A DNA stretch of 62,861 nt, counting the filler, from Dugesia japonica (lineage: Eukaryota): the NCBI GenBank assembly GCA_001938525.1. It is 6 parts of 6 records of this genome, joined end to end, with 100 filler letters (N's around TTAATTAATTAA, not from the genome) between each part and the next. Parts side by side here need not be neighbours in the genome. Positions count along the whole stretch, not along the records: positions 43,521 to 53,613 come from MQRL01594504.1; positions 53,714 to 62,861 come from MQRL01557567.1; 4 more parts are not named here. One strand, 5' to 3'. This document shows, piece after piece, positions 52,731-62,861 of the stretch. The translations under genes were made by a program, and so were the position numbers. Each line of letters opens with the position of its first letter. Positions within the stretch are counted from its first letter, which is position 1. The notes under the pieces were generated by a model that worked only from the letters and a program-made list of their open reading frames with translations, was not told where the DNA came from and searched no databases.

Positions 52731-53613
52731 ACTGAATCTCAGTTTTCAACAGCTACCTGACATGCTGTCATCGATTTACTTTTTTATTTTTCAAAAGTTG
52801 TTTCGTAGTTTTTGTATATATTAGTTCTAGCTGATTGCCTTTTTATAACAGTTTTATTCATGTTTTTTTACAAAATACTACAGCGAATATTCCTTTATGC
52901 ATCAATATAATTTTCTCTAAATTCACATTTGGTTTGTTGATCAATATTCCTAATGCTCCCTGTACTCTTTCTTCATCTTCTGTATTGCATCCATATCTCG
53001 ATTCTATAGTAACCAGACACACTTTGTTATCCTAATTTTTTATCGTTTGTTGGTTATTTCTAGTCAACAAAGATTTTATGGTTCTGATTTTAATAGTAGA
53101 AATACAAAATAAGTTGATAATTTGATGGGTGTAGATTTTACCCTGTGTATATGCGTTGATACAATTATTATATAACGATATCTTTAATTGAAATTATAAA
53201 TAAGTAATATATGTCTGTCCCTTATTTAAAAATAAATAAACAAAACACACCTTTATAAATAATATGGGTATATAACAAAAACAACCTTAAATCGCAAAAT
53301 TTTATATTAAAAGAAAGAATCCACCCAAAGAGAGAGGTTCTTTCAATTAAATTGACTCTAATAATTCTAAAAAAGCGATCAGTATTTATACTGACTCTAC
53401 ATGTGCTTATTGTTAACATACACATAAAAATAATTATACACATAAACTAAATAATCCATATTTTATTTTTTCATAAAAATCCACAGATTAAAAAATAAAA
53501 TCCATACTAATAATATAACGCCGGTTTAAATAATTGTGACAAAAATTTCTATTGCCTTAATCGATCAATAGTAACAAACACAATAACCAGAAAAAATCCA
53601 ATTATAAAAATAA

Positions 53614-53713
53614 NNNNNNNNNNNNNNNNNNNNNNNNNNNNNNNNNNNNNNNNNNNNTTAATTAATTAANNNNNNNNNNNNNNNNNNNNNNNNNNNNNNN
53701 NNNNNNNNNNNNN
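53614..53713. other. Artificial contig spacer
   Basis: N run + TTAATTAATTAA (53658-53669) + N run. Confidence 0.95.
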
Positions 53714-54773
53714 GTAAAAATCTTTAATTTGATTTATAATATCAGATATCAATATAAATAATTATATTGGTCATTCAATTTTTCTCTAAGTACTCCTTGT
53801 AGCCTTTAGACACAGGTTTTAGCTTAACACTGTTAAAAAGTTCCAAAAGAATAAAAAAAATTTCACATCTGAAAATTTATCAAAAATATTGTTCAATTTA
53901 TCATCATGTTAAAATTATTATAATNNNNNNNNNNNNNNNNNNNNNNNNNNNNNNNNNNNNNNNNNNNNNNNNNNNNNNNNNNNNNNNNNNNNNNNNNNNN
54001 NATATTTCGACTTTGTCTTTGTCAGGAATTGAAATATCGATTCAATCTCAAAAAAAAACAATAAAAAAAATTTTTAATCGAAGCTTTTATTTTAAATGAA
54101 TTATAATAAATGATCAATGGTTACGTCCAAGAATTATTCTCGCAATAATTGCAATTGTATAATATTTGAAGTTATTAAACAATAATTATAGGAATATATA
54201 ATGTAAGAAAAGATTAATGGCGTCTTAATGTTTTGAAAATTTAAAAATAAGTTAATGTAAAATAATGTGAATTTTNTATGTTCAAAAAGCTTAAATTTTA
54301 AATAAATAAGGCAAAATTTTAGAATAAAATGTAAAGATTAAAAGTAATAAAGTTATAGAATTATTAAAAGATTAATTATTAAAAATTTAATGCGAAATAA
54401 ATACAATTAATGAAATTTAAATATAAAAGAATAAAAGTAAAATAAAAGTAATAAAAAATAATAATTTTCAAAAAAAAATTTTTAATTTAAGTTTGAGTCT
54501 TATTTGTTTAGGTTATTTAATTTGCTTGAATAAACAAATTTAAATCTTTATTTTCATTTATTGTAACTTTTTTGTATTCAGCAATAAGCGTTTTAGACTC
54601 ACCCAACAGATAATATTAATTATATTGCAAATAATTTTAATTAATTAATTTTTTTTAATTAGTTAATTTTAATTGATTTATAAATTATCAAAAAAGAATG
54701 ACGGATGAAATATATAGATTTATGAAACTTATCAAATAAAAAATATCGATAAAAAAATCAATGATTTTTTTCT

Positions 54774-55330
54774 TTAATCCTTCAAAGTAAGTTTGTCAAA
54801 TAAATAAACTCCAATTCCAGCACCATTTCGACGAATATTTGTCAAGTGATCACCGATTTTCTTGATCGATTCTACTTGTTCTTTCAAATATTCTCCTTCC
54901 AAAAAGTCCATCATTTGTGGATCTCCATGGTTCTCTGCAATTTTATGCAAATCCAACAATGACTAAANNNNNNNNNNNNNNAAGGAAATAAAAACAAAAT
55001 ATTTACTTGATTGACTTCTTTTTCCAAAGCTAATGCAGATTCAAAAGCTGTTTCTGGTGTCCATACGTCTGCTAATGGTTTGGAAATGTCTTTGAGAATT
55101 ACTCGACCACCTCGTTTATTTTGGTATTTAATTAATTTTTCTGCATGTTCTCTTTCTTCATGAGATTGTTTTTGAAAGAAATGACTGAAACCTTGAAGAG
55201 CAACATCATTTCGATCGAAATATGCACTCATTGCTTGATACACATAACTAGCATGTAATTCTTTATTTATCTGGTCATTAATTCCAGATTCAGATTCAAG
55301 ATGGAAGTTTTGCCGTATTTGAGCAGCCAT
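54774..55330 (-). CDS. Ferritin (heavy-chain/soma type, cytosolic), 170 aa, two exons
   Basis: Exon 1 is 55330-55007 ([10 protein letters not shown]...KELHASYVY...[19 protein letters not shown]...LEKEVNQ). A short GT-AG intron follows. Exon 2 is 54962-54774 (SLLDLH...[16 protein letters not shown]...[10 protein letters not shown]). Ferroxidase-centre residues are present. Confidence 0.97.
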
Positions 55331-55387
55331 TATTGATAATAAAATATTAGTGAATCCAATTTGTTTAAGTAGATCAGATATGCATCG

Positions 55388-55447
55388 ATATAGAATGATA
55401 TAGAATGATATAGAGTGATATAGAATGNNNNNNNNNNNTATAGAATG
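55388..55447. repeat. Tandem decamer (GATATAGAAT)n just upstream of the ferritin start codon
   Basis: At least four tandem units plus dispersed units near 55470 and 55571; partly in a gap. Confidence 0.85.
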
Positions 55448-56759
55448 TACACAATGTTATAAAATAATATAGAATGATTCTTTAATAACACAATAAATAA
55501 ACTAAACTATAGCATCAAGTGAATTACATTAAAACTATACAACAAAAGATGTCGTACCTTGTGATTGATTGATATAGAATGAACATTCAAATTTTTAATG
55601 TGAACAATCAGATATCATAAATTGTCTAGATTATATTTTTGGTTGATTGCGTTTATTTAAATTCTTTTGTTTGTTCAGTTTTAATAATTGTTTTTAATAT
55701 TTCTCTAATACATCACAAATATTTGCTTTTCAATAAAATAAATAATAATAAAATAAAACTANNNNNNNNNNNNNNNNNNNNNNNNNNNNNNNNNNNNNNN
55801 NNNNNNNNNNNAATATCGATTTGTTATCTAATATCAATAATTAAAACCTACATTTTGATCTAAGCTTTTATATTAAATGAAAATAAAACTAAATAAATAA
55901 TAATAAAATAAAAATAAAACTAAATAAATAATAATAAAATAAAAATAAATAAATCATGAATGTGTTTGTTTTGCAATTGCAATTATTGTGAGACTAATTG
56001 TTGGACATAACCATTGATCGCATTTCCAGATTTCATTTAAAATAAAAACTTTTATTTTAAATGAAATGAAAGTGTTTATTTATTTTAAAAATTGTGAAAT
56101 TTATTATATCAGTTGTCTTAACTGAATTATTTTTTAACATCGATAATGTAAAATAAATATTTACAAATAATTGTTTTTTAAAAATTCACAAACTTAATAA
56201 AATTTCAATTAATTTAATTTAATTTATTATAAATTATTGGTCAATTCTTTTTAACCAGAAACTTCTGAATTTCAAATTAAACTATTATTAAAAGAAGGGA
56301 ATCTTTATTGCTAGAAAGTAACTAGGATAATTCAGATTATAAATAAATTTTTCAGTAATTTGTTTATTATAACTGTTAGATTAAATTTAAATATTATTAA
56401 AACGAATATTTTGCAAATAATATAATATAATTAGGGATTGCAATCCGGAACTGTTTTACAATCCAAAGATTATAAAAAAATTATGAATTTGCTTTAATAT
56501 AGAAAGACATACAGCATATTTGCTATACAAATTGTATTATACAATGGACAGTTTTGTTATACAATGCCTATTTGGAATAATATATTGCCTATATGTCCAT
56601 CTAATCTTCATAAAATTAGTAACAAGTCCAAAATAAATAATCTTCCAAAATACTAAATACATTTATAATTCTAAAAGTAAGGAGAAGATTTTTTATATTT
56701 TTTTTTCATACATGACAAAAGTAAATAATAATAACAAAACAAAATTACATTTTTATGAG

Positions 56760-57300
56760 ATACATAATCTATTATTTATCTTCTTTTTCTTTTTGAAAAT
56801 GTACACATATATCTAAGGTATTCTTATTATATTTTTCAAATACGCAGCTGAAGAAAATACTCGTTCAGGTTCAATGCTTGTTGGTGGAATTGATAACAAA
56901 TATTTATACACTAATTCAAAATCGTGTTCTTGGATTCAACCATTTCCAAATATATTCATTTCCTTCTTAAAATTATCAATTAAATTAGTAGTCCGTGTTT
57001 GATATGTAACAGTCTCCATGCTTTTTCTTATTTCATCTTGTAACTTTTTTTAAATGACAAAGGTGTTCGAACTGACGATTCTTCTTTATTATCATTTTCC
57101 AAAGTTGTTTTATCATTCCCAGAGGCTTCAAAATAATCTTTATTTAATAAGACTAGTTTTTCAATCAGTTTCTTTATTTTCAGAACATCAATTAGCATTT
57201 TGTCTACATAATTCATTTACAGCTAATTTCATTGGCTCAAGTACTTCTATTATTTCTGAAATAACCATAAAATTATTTTAGTTTAAGGAAACAGAGTAAT
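56760..57300 (-). mobile_element. hAT transposase C-terminal (dimerisation domain) relic
   Basis: FELVYKYLLSIPPTSIEPERVFSSAAYL. Confidence 0.8.
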
Positions 57301-57479
57301 TTAAATCAACTAAAGCTTTCTGTATACATATTTTTTATATAAGAAGCGTTCCAAAATCAATAAATGAGAATTCCATCTTGTTTTTCAATCCAAAATAAGT
57401 GAAAGTTCTTTTCCTTTCTCTGATTTAATAAATTGATACATAATAAATTTTGTGTCTGAGAATAGCAATGAGATCATCC

Positions 57480-58900
57480 CTCGTGAAATGATAAGAAAAG
57501 TTGAAGAGTAGATGGTTGATGAGAGTCGATGATCACGATAACGTAGTGTTGAATTTAAACGAAATCATATCTTTAACATTTGGAACACAGATATATAAAT
57601 GAAATTTTACGAAATGCAGAATAAAGATTCCACAGTCATTGTCATTTCTCTGGATAGGATGGCTAAAAGATATCAATATTGATTGTAATTTCCTCTTTAG
57701 GATAGCTATAGTTAGAGAGTATTCTGTTCAGTTTTGTCTTGAGTTGATTTTACTCAATAGAAATGTAAGCACTAATTTGATCAATAATTAAAGATTTGCT
57801 GTTTTTTCAAAGTAGAAAATCCAATGATTGTTGTTCCTATTGTAAGCAAACACAAAAAAGCTTGCCATATGGATAATATTAAATGGACGTTTACTGTACT
57901 ACTATTCCCAATTGTTGTGAATAAGGTCATTACTGATATAAGGATAGATAAACAGCGAATCCTTATTCAGAATGAACTTTTTGAGATAAGCCTATATGAC
58001 ATGGTTGCTTAGTCATAGTTCAGTGGCATCCAACTCACCGAGTTAAAGGTCTTTGGTTGTGTGAGAAGGAGTTGGAAGTTTGCTGCAGGACTCCATGTGG
58101 TGAATTAGATTTGCAAAGCTGTTGCTAAGGCCACATTTGCAGAGAATGATATTATCAGAACCATTTAAATCATCTTTCAGATAGGTGCTGATATGTTCGT
58201 TGAAATTGATAGTGTTTACAATATTTTTGAACGATGTTCCACAGATTTTTCCATTTTTGGTGAAGTATTTGCATTTANNNNNNNNNNNNNNNNNNNNNNN
58301 NNNNNNNNNNNNNNNNNNNNNNNNNNNNNNNNNNNNNNNNNNNNNNNNNNNNNCGTTCTTAACTTCAATTCTGACTGAAGAAAGCTGTGAAAGTCTTCAT
58401 AATAAATTGTTAAATCTGAATAGTAAAAATTTCTTTTTGATCCAATAGTGATAGGACAGATATCACACTTAACAATAAAGGCTTCACTTAATTTAATTTT
58501 GTGGACCATTGAGTAGTGGCAGTAAAGAAAGTTGCTGTCCATGACAAAAGAACTCTTCTTTCCTCCTCCGCATTGCGAAGGATGGGTGCACTTTAATAGC
58601 TTTTCTATGTTGAATCGATAAGCAATAAATTTGTTTAGATAGGTATTTCCAAGAATCTTTCCATCTTTGGACGTCGGCTTTCTAGCTTTTTTGGAGTAAG
58701 TCTTTCCTTAATTCATGACAAGCTTTCAGTTGTTGCATTTTCATTCGATTCGTTAGTGAAGAAAATATTTCGCATAATATTAGTGAGAGGATCAATTTTC
58801 TTATTGATTTCTTGATCCAAAGATTGTCTGCAAAGACATAAGCATACAAAAAGGAGCGACTGTTTATCAGTGATGACATTAAGCAGAACAATCGGAAGTC
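57480..58900 (-). mobile_element. 5' portion of a NeSL-like retrotransposon: C2H2 zinc fingers plus Ulp1 (C48) cysteine protease; RT absent
   Basis: LLKCTHPSQC...LYCHYSMVH...KCDIC (58450-58600); frameshifted W(L)SDNII (~58150); NNNHWIF (~57820); PIQRNDNDCGIFIL (~57620-57660). The Zn finger to Ulp1 order matches NeSL-clade elements. Confidence 0.75.
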
Positions 58901-58941
58901 CACGTCGAGCTGAAAAAGATAAAAAAAAGGAGCTACGTAAG

Positions 58942-59430
58942 ATGCAGTAGGAAAATCGTCAACTCAAAGAAAAATCAAGATTATGAGAGACCGTGTGAGT
59001 GATAGCCGTCGATCGGAACTATCACTCATGCAAAACAACTGAATGATATTGGACATTAATCGCAGTTACTTGAAGAGAGAGAGAGAGAATCTGTACGATT
59101 CTCACCAACTCGCGGACAATGTAGCAGAAGTACCACAAAAAGACGGAGTCAAATTAAGTGATCACAATCACGGAAATGACATTTTTGGGAGTTCATAAGT
59201 GATGTATTCAAAAAATGTGTTTGATATTGTAATAGTGTTGTAAATGAATGAAGGATAGAAATACGAAAGAATAAGTCACTAATCAACTATTGCGAACAAC
59301 GCATACTGTACAGAAGACGATTTTCTAAAGACAAGATACCGCAAAGACCAGAATGAACCGGTGTAGATGAGCAGTGTATGAGACACTGGGAATTTCTGCC
59401 GATCTAGGAGTATCTACCCATAGAAAATAG
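58942..59430 (+). pseudogene. Copy D of the small unannotated ORF cassette, antisense and divergent to the retrotransposon
   Basis: ENRQLKE(K)IKIMRDRVSDSRRSELSLMQNN*MILDINRSY...LSDHN...IFGS, then EDDFLKTRY...GVDE...ISADLGVST. Confidence 0.7.
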
Positions 59431-59739
59431 AATAGAAAAGACAAAAATAATAAACTGGAAAGATAAGTCACTAAATCCTTGAAGCCCAACATATAAAAAA
59501 TTGAAATTTAATTTTTTGTGTTAATAATTTATCGATTGAAATGAATCAATTATTATAAATTGTAAATAATTATTGTATTTGGAACTTATTTTTTGAAAAT
59601 TTATGCAAATATTTTGTTTAAATTGACCGAAAACTTTATAATTTTAATTTATTTTAATTAAAAAAATTTATAATTTTGATATGGTTTTCGATGGTTGTTG
59701 ATATTGATTTCCTTAGATAAATAAACACAATATACCTTT

Positions 59740-60552
59740 GAATATCAATATTTTTGGTGTATAATAAAATATTACAATACACTTATATCCTATTAGCAAT
59801 ACTATAAATGAAAATTAGTAAGGTTTCCCAGAGAGGTTGGATGCTAATTGAAAAGTTTTAGTCCGAAAATTCAACTTAAACAAATCAGTATTTATACTGA
59901 TCTAAATCTGCAGCCATTATACATGCATATTGAGTAATCAGACACTTCATATAAAAATAACTACTACATACTGTATTTTTTAAAAAGAATTTATTATTTT
60001 CTACAAAATTATTTTATTATGAATTTTTCTATTTACAACATTTGAACTAAATCATTCNNNNNNNNNNNNNNNNNNNNNNNNNNNNNNNNNNNNNNNNNNN
60101 NNNNNNNTAAATTGTTAAATCTGAATAGTAAAAATTTCTTTTTGATCCAATAGTGATAGGACAGATATCACACTTAACAATGAAGGCTTCACTTAATTTA
60201 ATTTTGTGTGTATTTATCTAATATTTTTTGTGTGAATATCAATATTTTTGGTGTATAATAAAATATTACAATACACTTATATCCTATTAGCAATACTATA
60301 AATTCATATTAGTAGGGTCGCCCAGAGAGGTTGGATGCTAATTGAAAAGTTTTAGTCCGAAAATTCAACTTAAAAAAATCAGTATTTATACTGATCTAAA
60401 TCTGCAGGCCATTATACATGCATATTGAGTAATCAGACACTTCATATAAAAATAACTACTAAATACTGTATTTTTTACAAAGAATTTATTATTTTCTACA
60501 AAATTATTTTATTATGAATTTTTCTATTTACAACATTTGAACTAAATCATTC
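59740..60552. repeat. ~315-bp direct duplication around a gap, with an interposed copy of 58403-58502
   Basis: 59740-60057 is repeated at 60234-60552. 60108-60207 is nearly identical to 58403-58502. Confidence 0.85.
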
Positions 60553-60678
60553 ATGCACAAAATAAAAATCGATAGAAATTATTTTGGCATAATAAAAAGT
60601 CTGTAACAATAATAAACTTATAAAATAAAACCAATTAGTTGATATTTTTTTATAGAGATAGAAGTTCGAAAATATTGA

Positions 60679-60681
<3 letters not shown>

Positions 60682-60718
<37 letters not shown>
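60682..60718. repeat. (AAT)n microsatellite
   Basis: Direct trinucleotide run abutting a gap. Confidence 0.95.
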
Positions 60719-61089
60719 NNNNNNNNNNNNNNNNNNNNNNNNNNNNNNNNNNNNNNNNNNNNNNNNNNNNNNNNNNNNNNNNNNNNNNNNNNNNNNNNNN
60801 NNTTTCCTAGTATTATAATAATAATGTACTGATTATAATAATAATAATGATATTAACAACATAACCACAATTATAAAATAAAACAAATAAAGCAAAACAC
60901 TGAAAATTATTCATGCAAAATTTATGTTAATATCAATGATCAATTTGACCCCAACATATTTATTACCATATCATTTTATTTATACTAAACATCTTAAGGT
61001 TATAAGTTTACATATACAACTTTTTTACCAATTATAAACCCATGAATCGTTGACTTGTTTTCTAAATAAACGAAAGTGTCTCAATATAT

Positions 61090-61220
61090 CAGGGGCTTAG
61101 CTAGGGTGAGGAGTCTAACATGCCTCCGCGCTACTCGCAGAGGGTCACCAAATAATCATCAAGATAAACAGGATTTTCTGATATGTGCTTCGGGCGCCAG
61201 TTTTGTTCGCTTCGCAACTA
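61090..61220. mobile_element. Very short hAT-type MITE remnant
   Basis: Begins CAGGGGCTTAGCTAGGG and ends GGGCGCCAG...TTCGCTTCGCAACTA; a GC-rich island. Confidence 0.35.
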
Positions 61221-61960
61221 CATTATATTGAATAAAAATCGTACAAATCCATTTGGAATTGTAATATTTATAACANGTAAGAATAATTCTATTTATAAAT
61301 TCAATTTTTTTTCAAATTGAAAAAATATAAATTACACAAGTTTTGTTACCTTCGACAGTAAAATAATATTAAACTAATTAATTTCATTATTCAATTTTAT
61401 TTAAGTAAAATCATGAAGAAACAAATTAAAATTTATAATAAGAATCCAATTATAATTATCAATTTTTTGACAAGTATAAATAGATGAAAATTACCAAAAG
61501 AAAATGAGAAAATATCCCGAAAAAACAGTCAAGTGATCGGCTGTGTGAAATAAATGTGAAAAGCTAACTGTTGTCTATAATTAAATAAAATTTCATTTTA
61601 AAAAAAACCCGTTAAAAGAAATCTGTCCAAATTAGATTTCCTGTTATGTAAGTTCGAGAATTGAATGATATTATTAAAAAAATGGTATTTTAAAATTTGT
61701 TAATTTCAGCTAACGATGAAATTGATTCGAAATTTAAGAATTTTTCTAGATTTTTNNNNNNNNNNNNNNNNNNNNNNNNNNNNNNNNNNNNNNNNNNNNN
61801 NNNNNNNNNNNTTTTTTTCTTAACGTAATTATAAAGTGTTTTTGTAATTTAATGGAAAATGTGGTAATCTTGTTTCATTTTATACTACCGTATTACCCAG
61901 TTTGAATTATCCGAGCTAAATTAAGAAATTATGTTGAAAAAGTGAGTTAAACGTATATAC

Positions 61961-62468
61961 ATGGGCGTCCGCAGGGGGGAGCCAAGGAGGAGCACTTGCT
62001 GCCCCCTAGATTTTGGTTATATTTTACAAAAATAATATCTTGATTGTAAGCCATGAAAAGACAAAAATTAAGCGATAGTACAGAGACTACAGTCATAGGG
62101 TCCACGCAGCTCAATTAGACAATCGCTAGTAATTTATTAGTAGAACTACAGCCATAACGCTAGAGTTATACTTACAGATCCCGTTTAAGTTAAACCCAGC
62201 TTTACAGGTGTAGATACCGTTCCTGAAAAATACGTTCAGATATAGTTCAAAACGGGATTGCAGACAGGCCAAAACAGACACATATCAAATGCTAAATGTG
62301 TCAAATGCAAAAGCGCTGGCGGTTGGGGACACTTCAGACACCGCTGGGAGATCTTGCGACGCTCCCTGTCCATACCCGCTAATCATGAGGGTGCTGAGGC
62401 AGCCTCGTTTGTCTCCGTCCCCACAATTTAAAACTTTGCTCCTTTAAAAAAATTCTGCGGACGCCCAT
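61961..62468. mobile_element. Non-autonomous hAT-type MITE with perfect 14-bp TIRs
   Basis: ATGGGCGTCCGCAG ... CTGCGGACGCCCAT, flanked by TA repeats, with GC-rich subterminal motifs. Confidence 0.8.
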
Positions 62469-62861
62469 ATATATATATATATATATTTATATGAACATAC
62501 AAAAACAGTTTACATACTTCTGTTGGGGTGGAACACCCGGACGAAGAGAACTAAGACCACGGGGGTCATCAAATACAAGTTATGGGAAAGAAAGTAAATT
62601 ACGCAAAACGATTAAACGAAAAAGAAAAACCGGCACAACCATCGGATAGAATGATAAACCCAAAGATTAAATAAACCATAGAAAGGAAGCCGATATAATA
62701 ATTTCGAACAATCCAACCACCCAGTCAAGTCATCGAATTAAGAAAATTATCGAATTATTATTTGGATGAATGAGAAGATTAGTTAATAAACGATTTAATT
62801 ATCAAGAAAAAATTAATTAATTTAATTTAAAAATAAAGAAAAATGAGGTCAAAATACGTTT

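Overview
Very AT-rich eukaryotic (invertebrate) genomic DNA with short GT-AG introns, many about 40-70 nt. It is probably a flatworm such as a planarian, but that is inference only. The window is not contiguous: five identical artificial spacers (44 N + TTAATTAATTAA + 44 N) join separate contigs, and several gaps are flanked by duplicated sequence. Host genes I can support are an intact two-exon ferritin (minus strand), the 3' exons of a multi-vWA-domain protein, the last exon(s) of a rhodopsin-type GPCR, and an unidentified gene made of a chain of 13-57 nt micro-exons. The rest is mostly decayed mobile DNA: three R2/NeSL-group non-LTR retrotransposon relics (one with a clear restriction-like endonuclease, one with a clear Ulp1/C48 protease), two mariners, four hAT transposase relics, hAT-type MITEs, a long-inverted-repeat (foldback) family, Gypsy fragments and a Polinton/Maverick packaging ATPase. 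The most interesting observation concerns the three retrotransposon relics. Each has, head-to-head at its 5' end and on the opposite strand, a diverged copy of the same small unannotated coiled-coil-like ORF (invariant R-x-S-x5-E-x5-N). Two of them also carry a second conserved module (DFLKT[RG]Y...GVD...IS). A fourth, orphan copy with both modules lies at about 20.5 kb. This suggests either an undescribed antisense accessory gene cassette of NeSL-like retrotransposons or a new site-specific insertion target.
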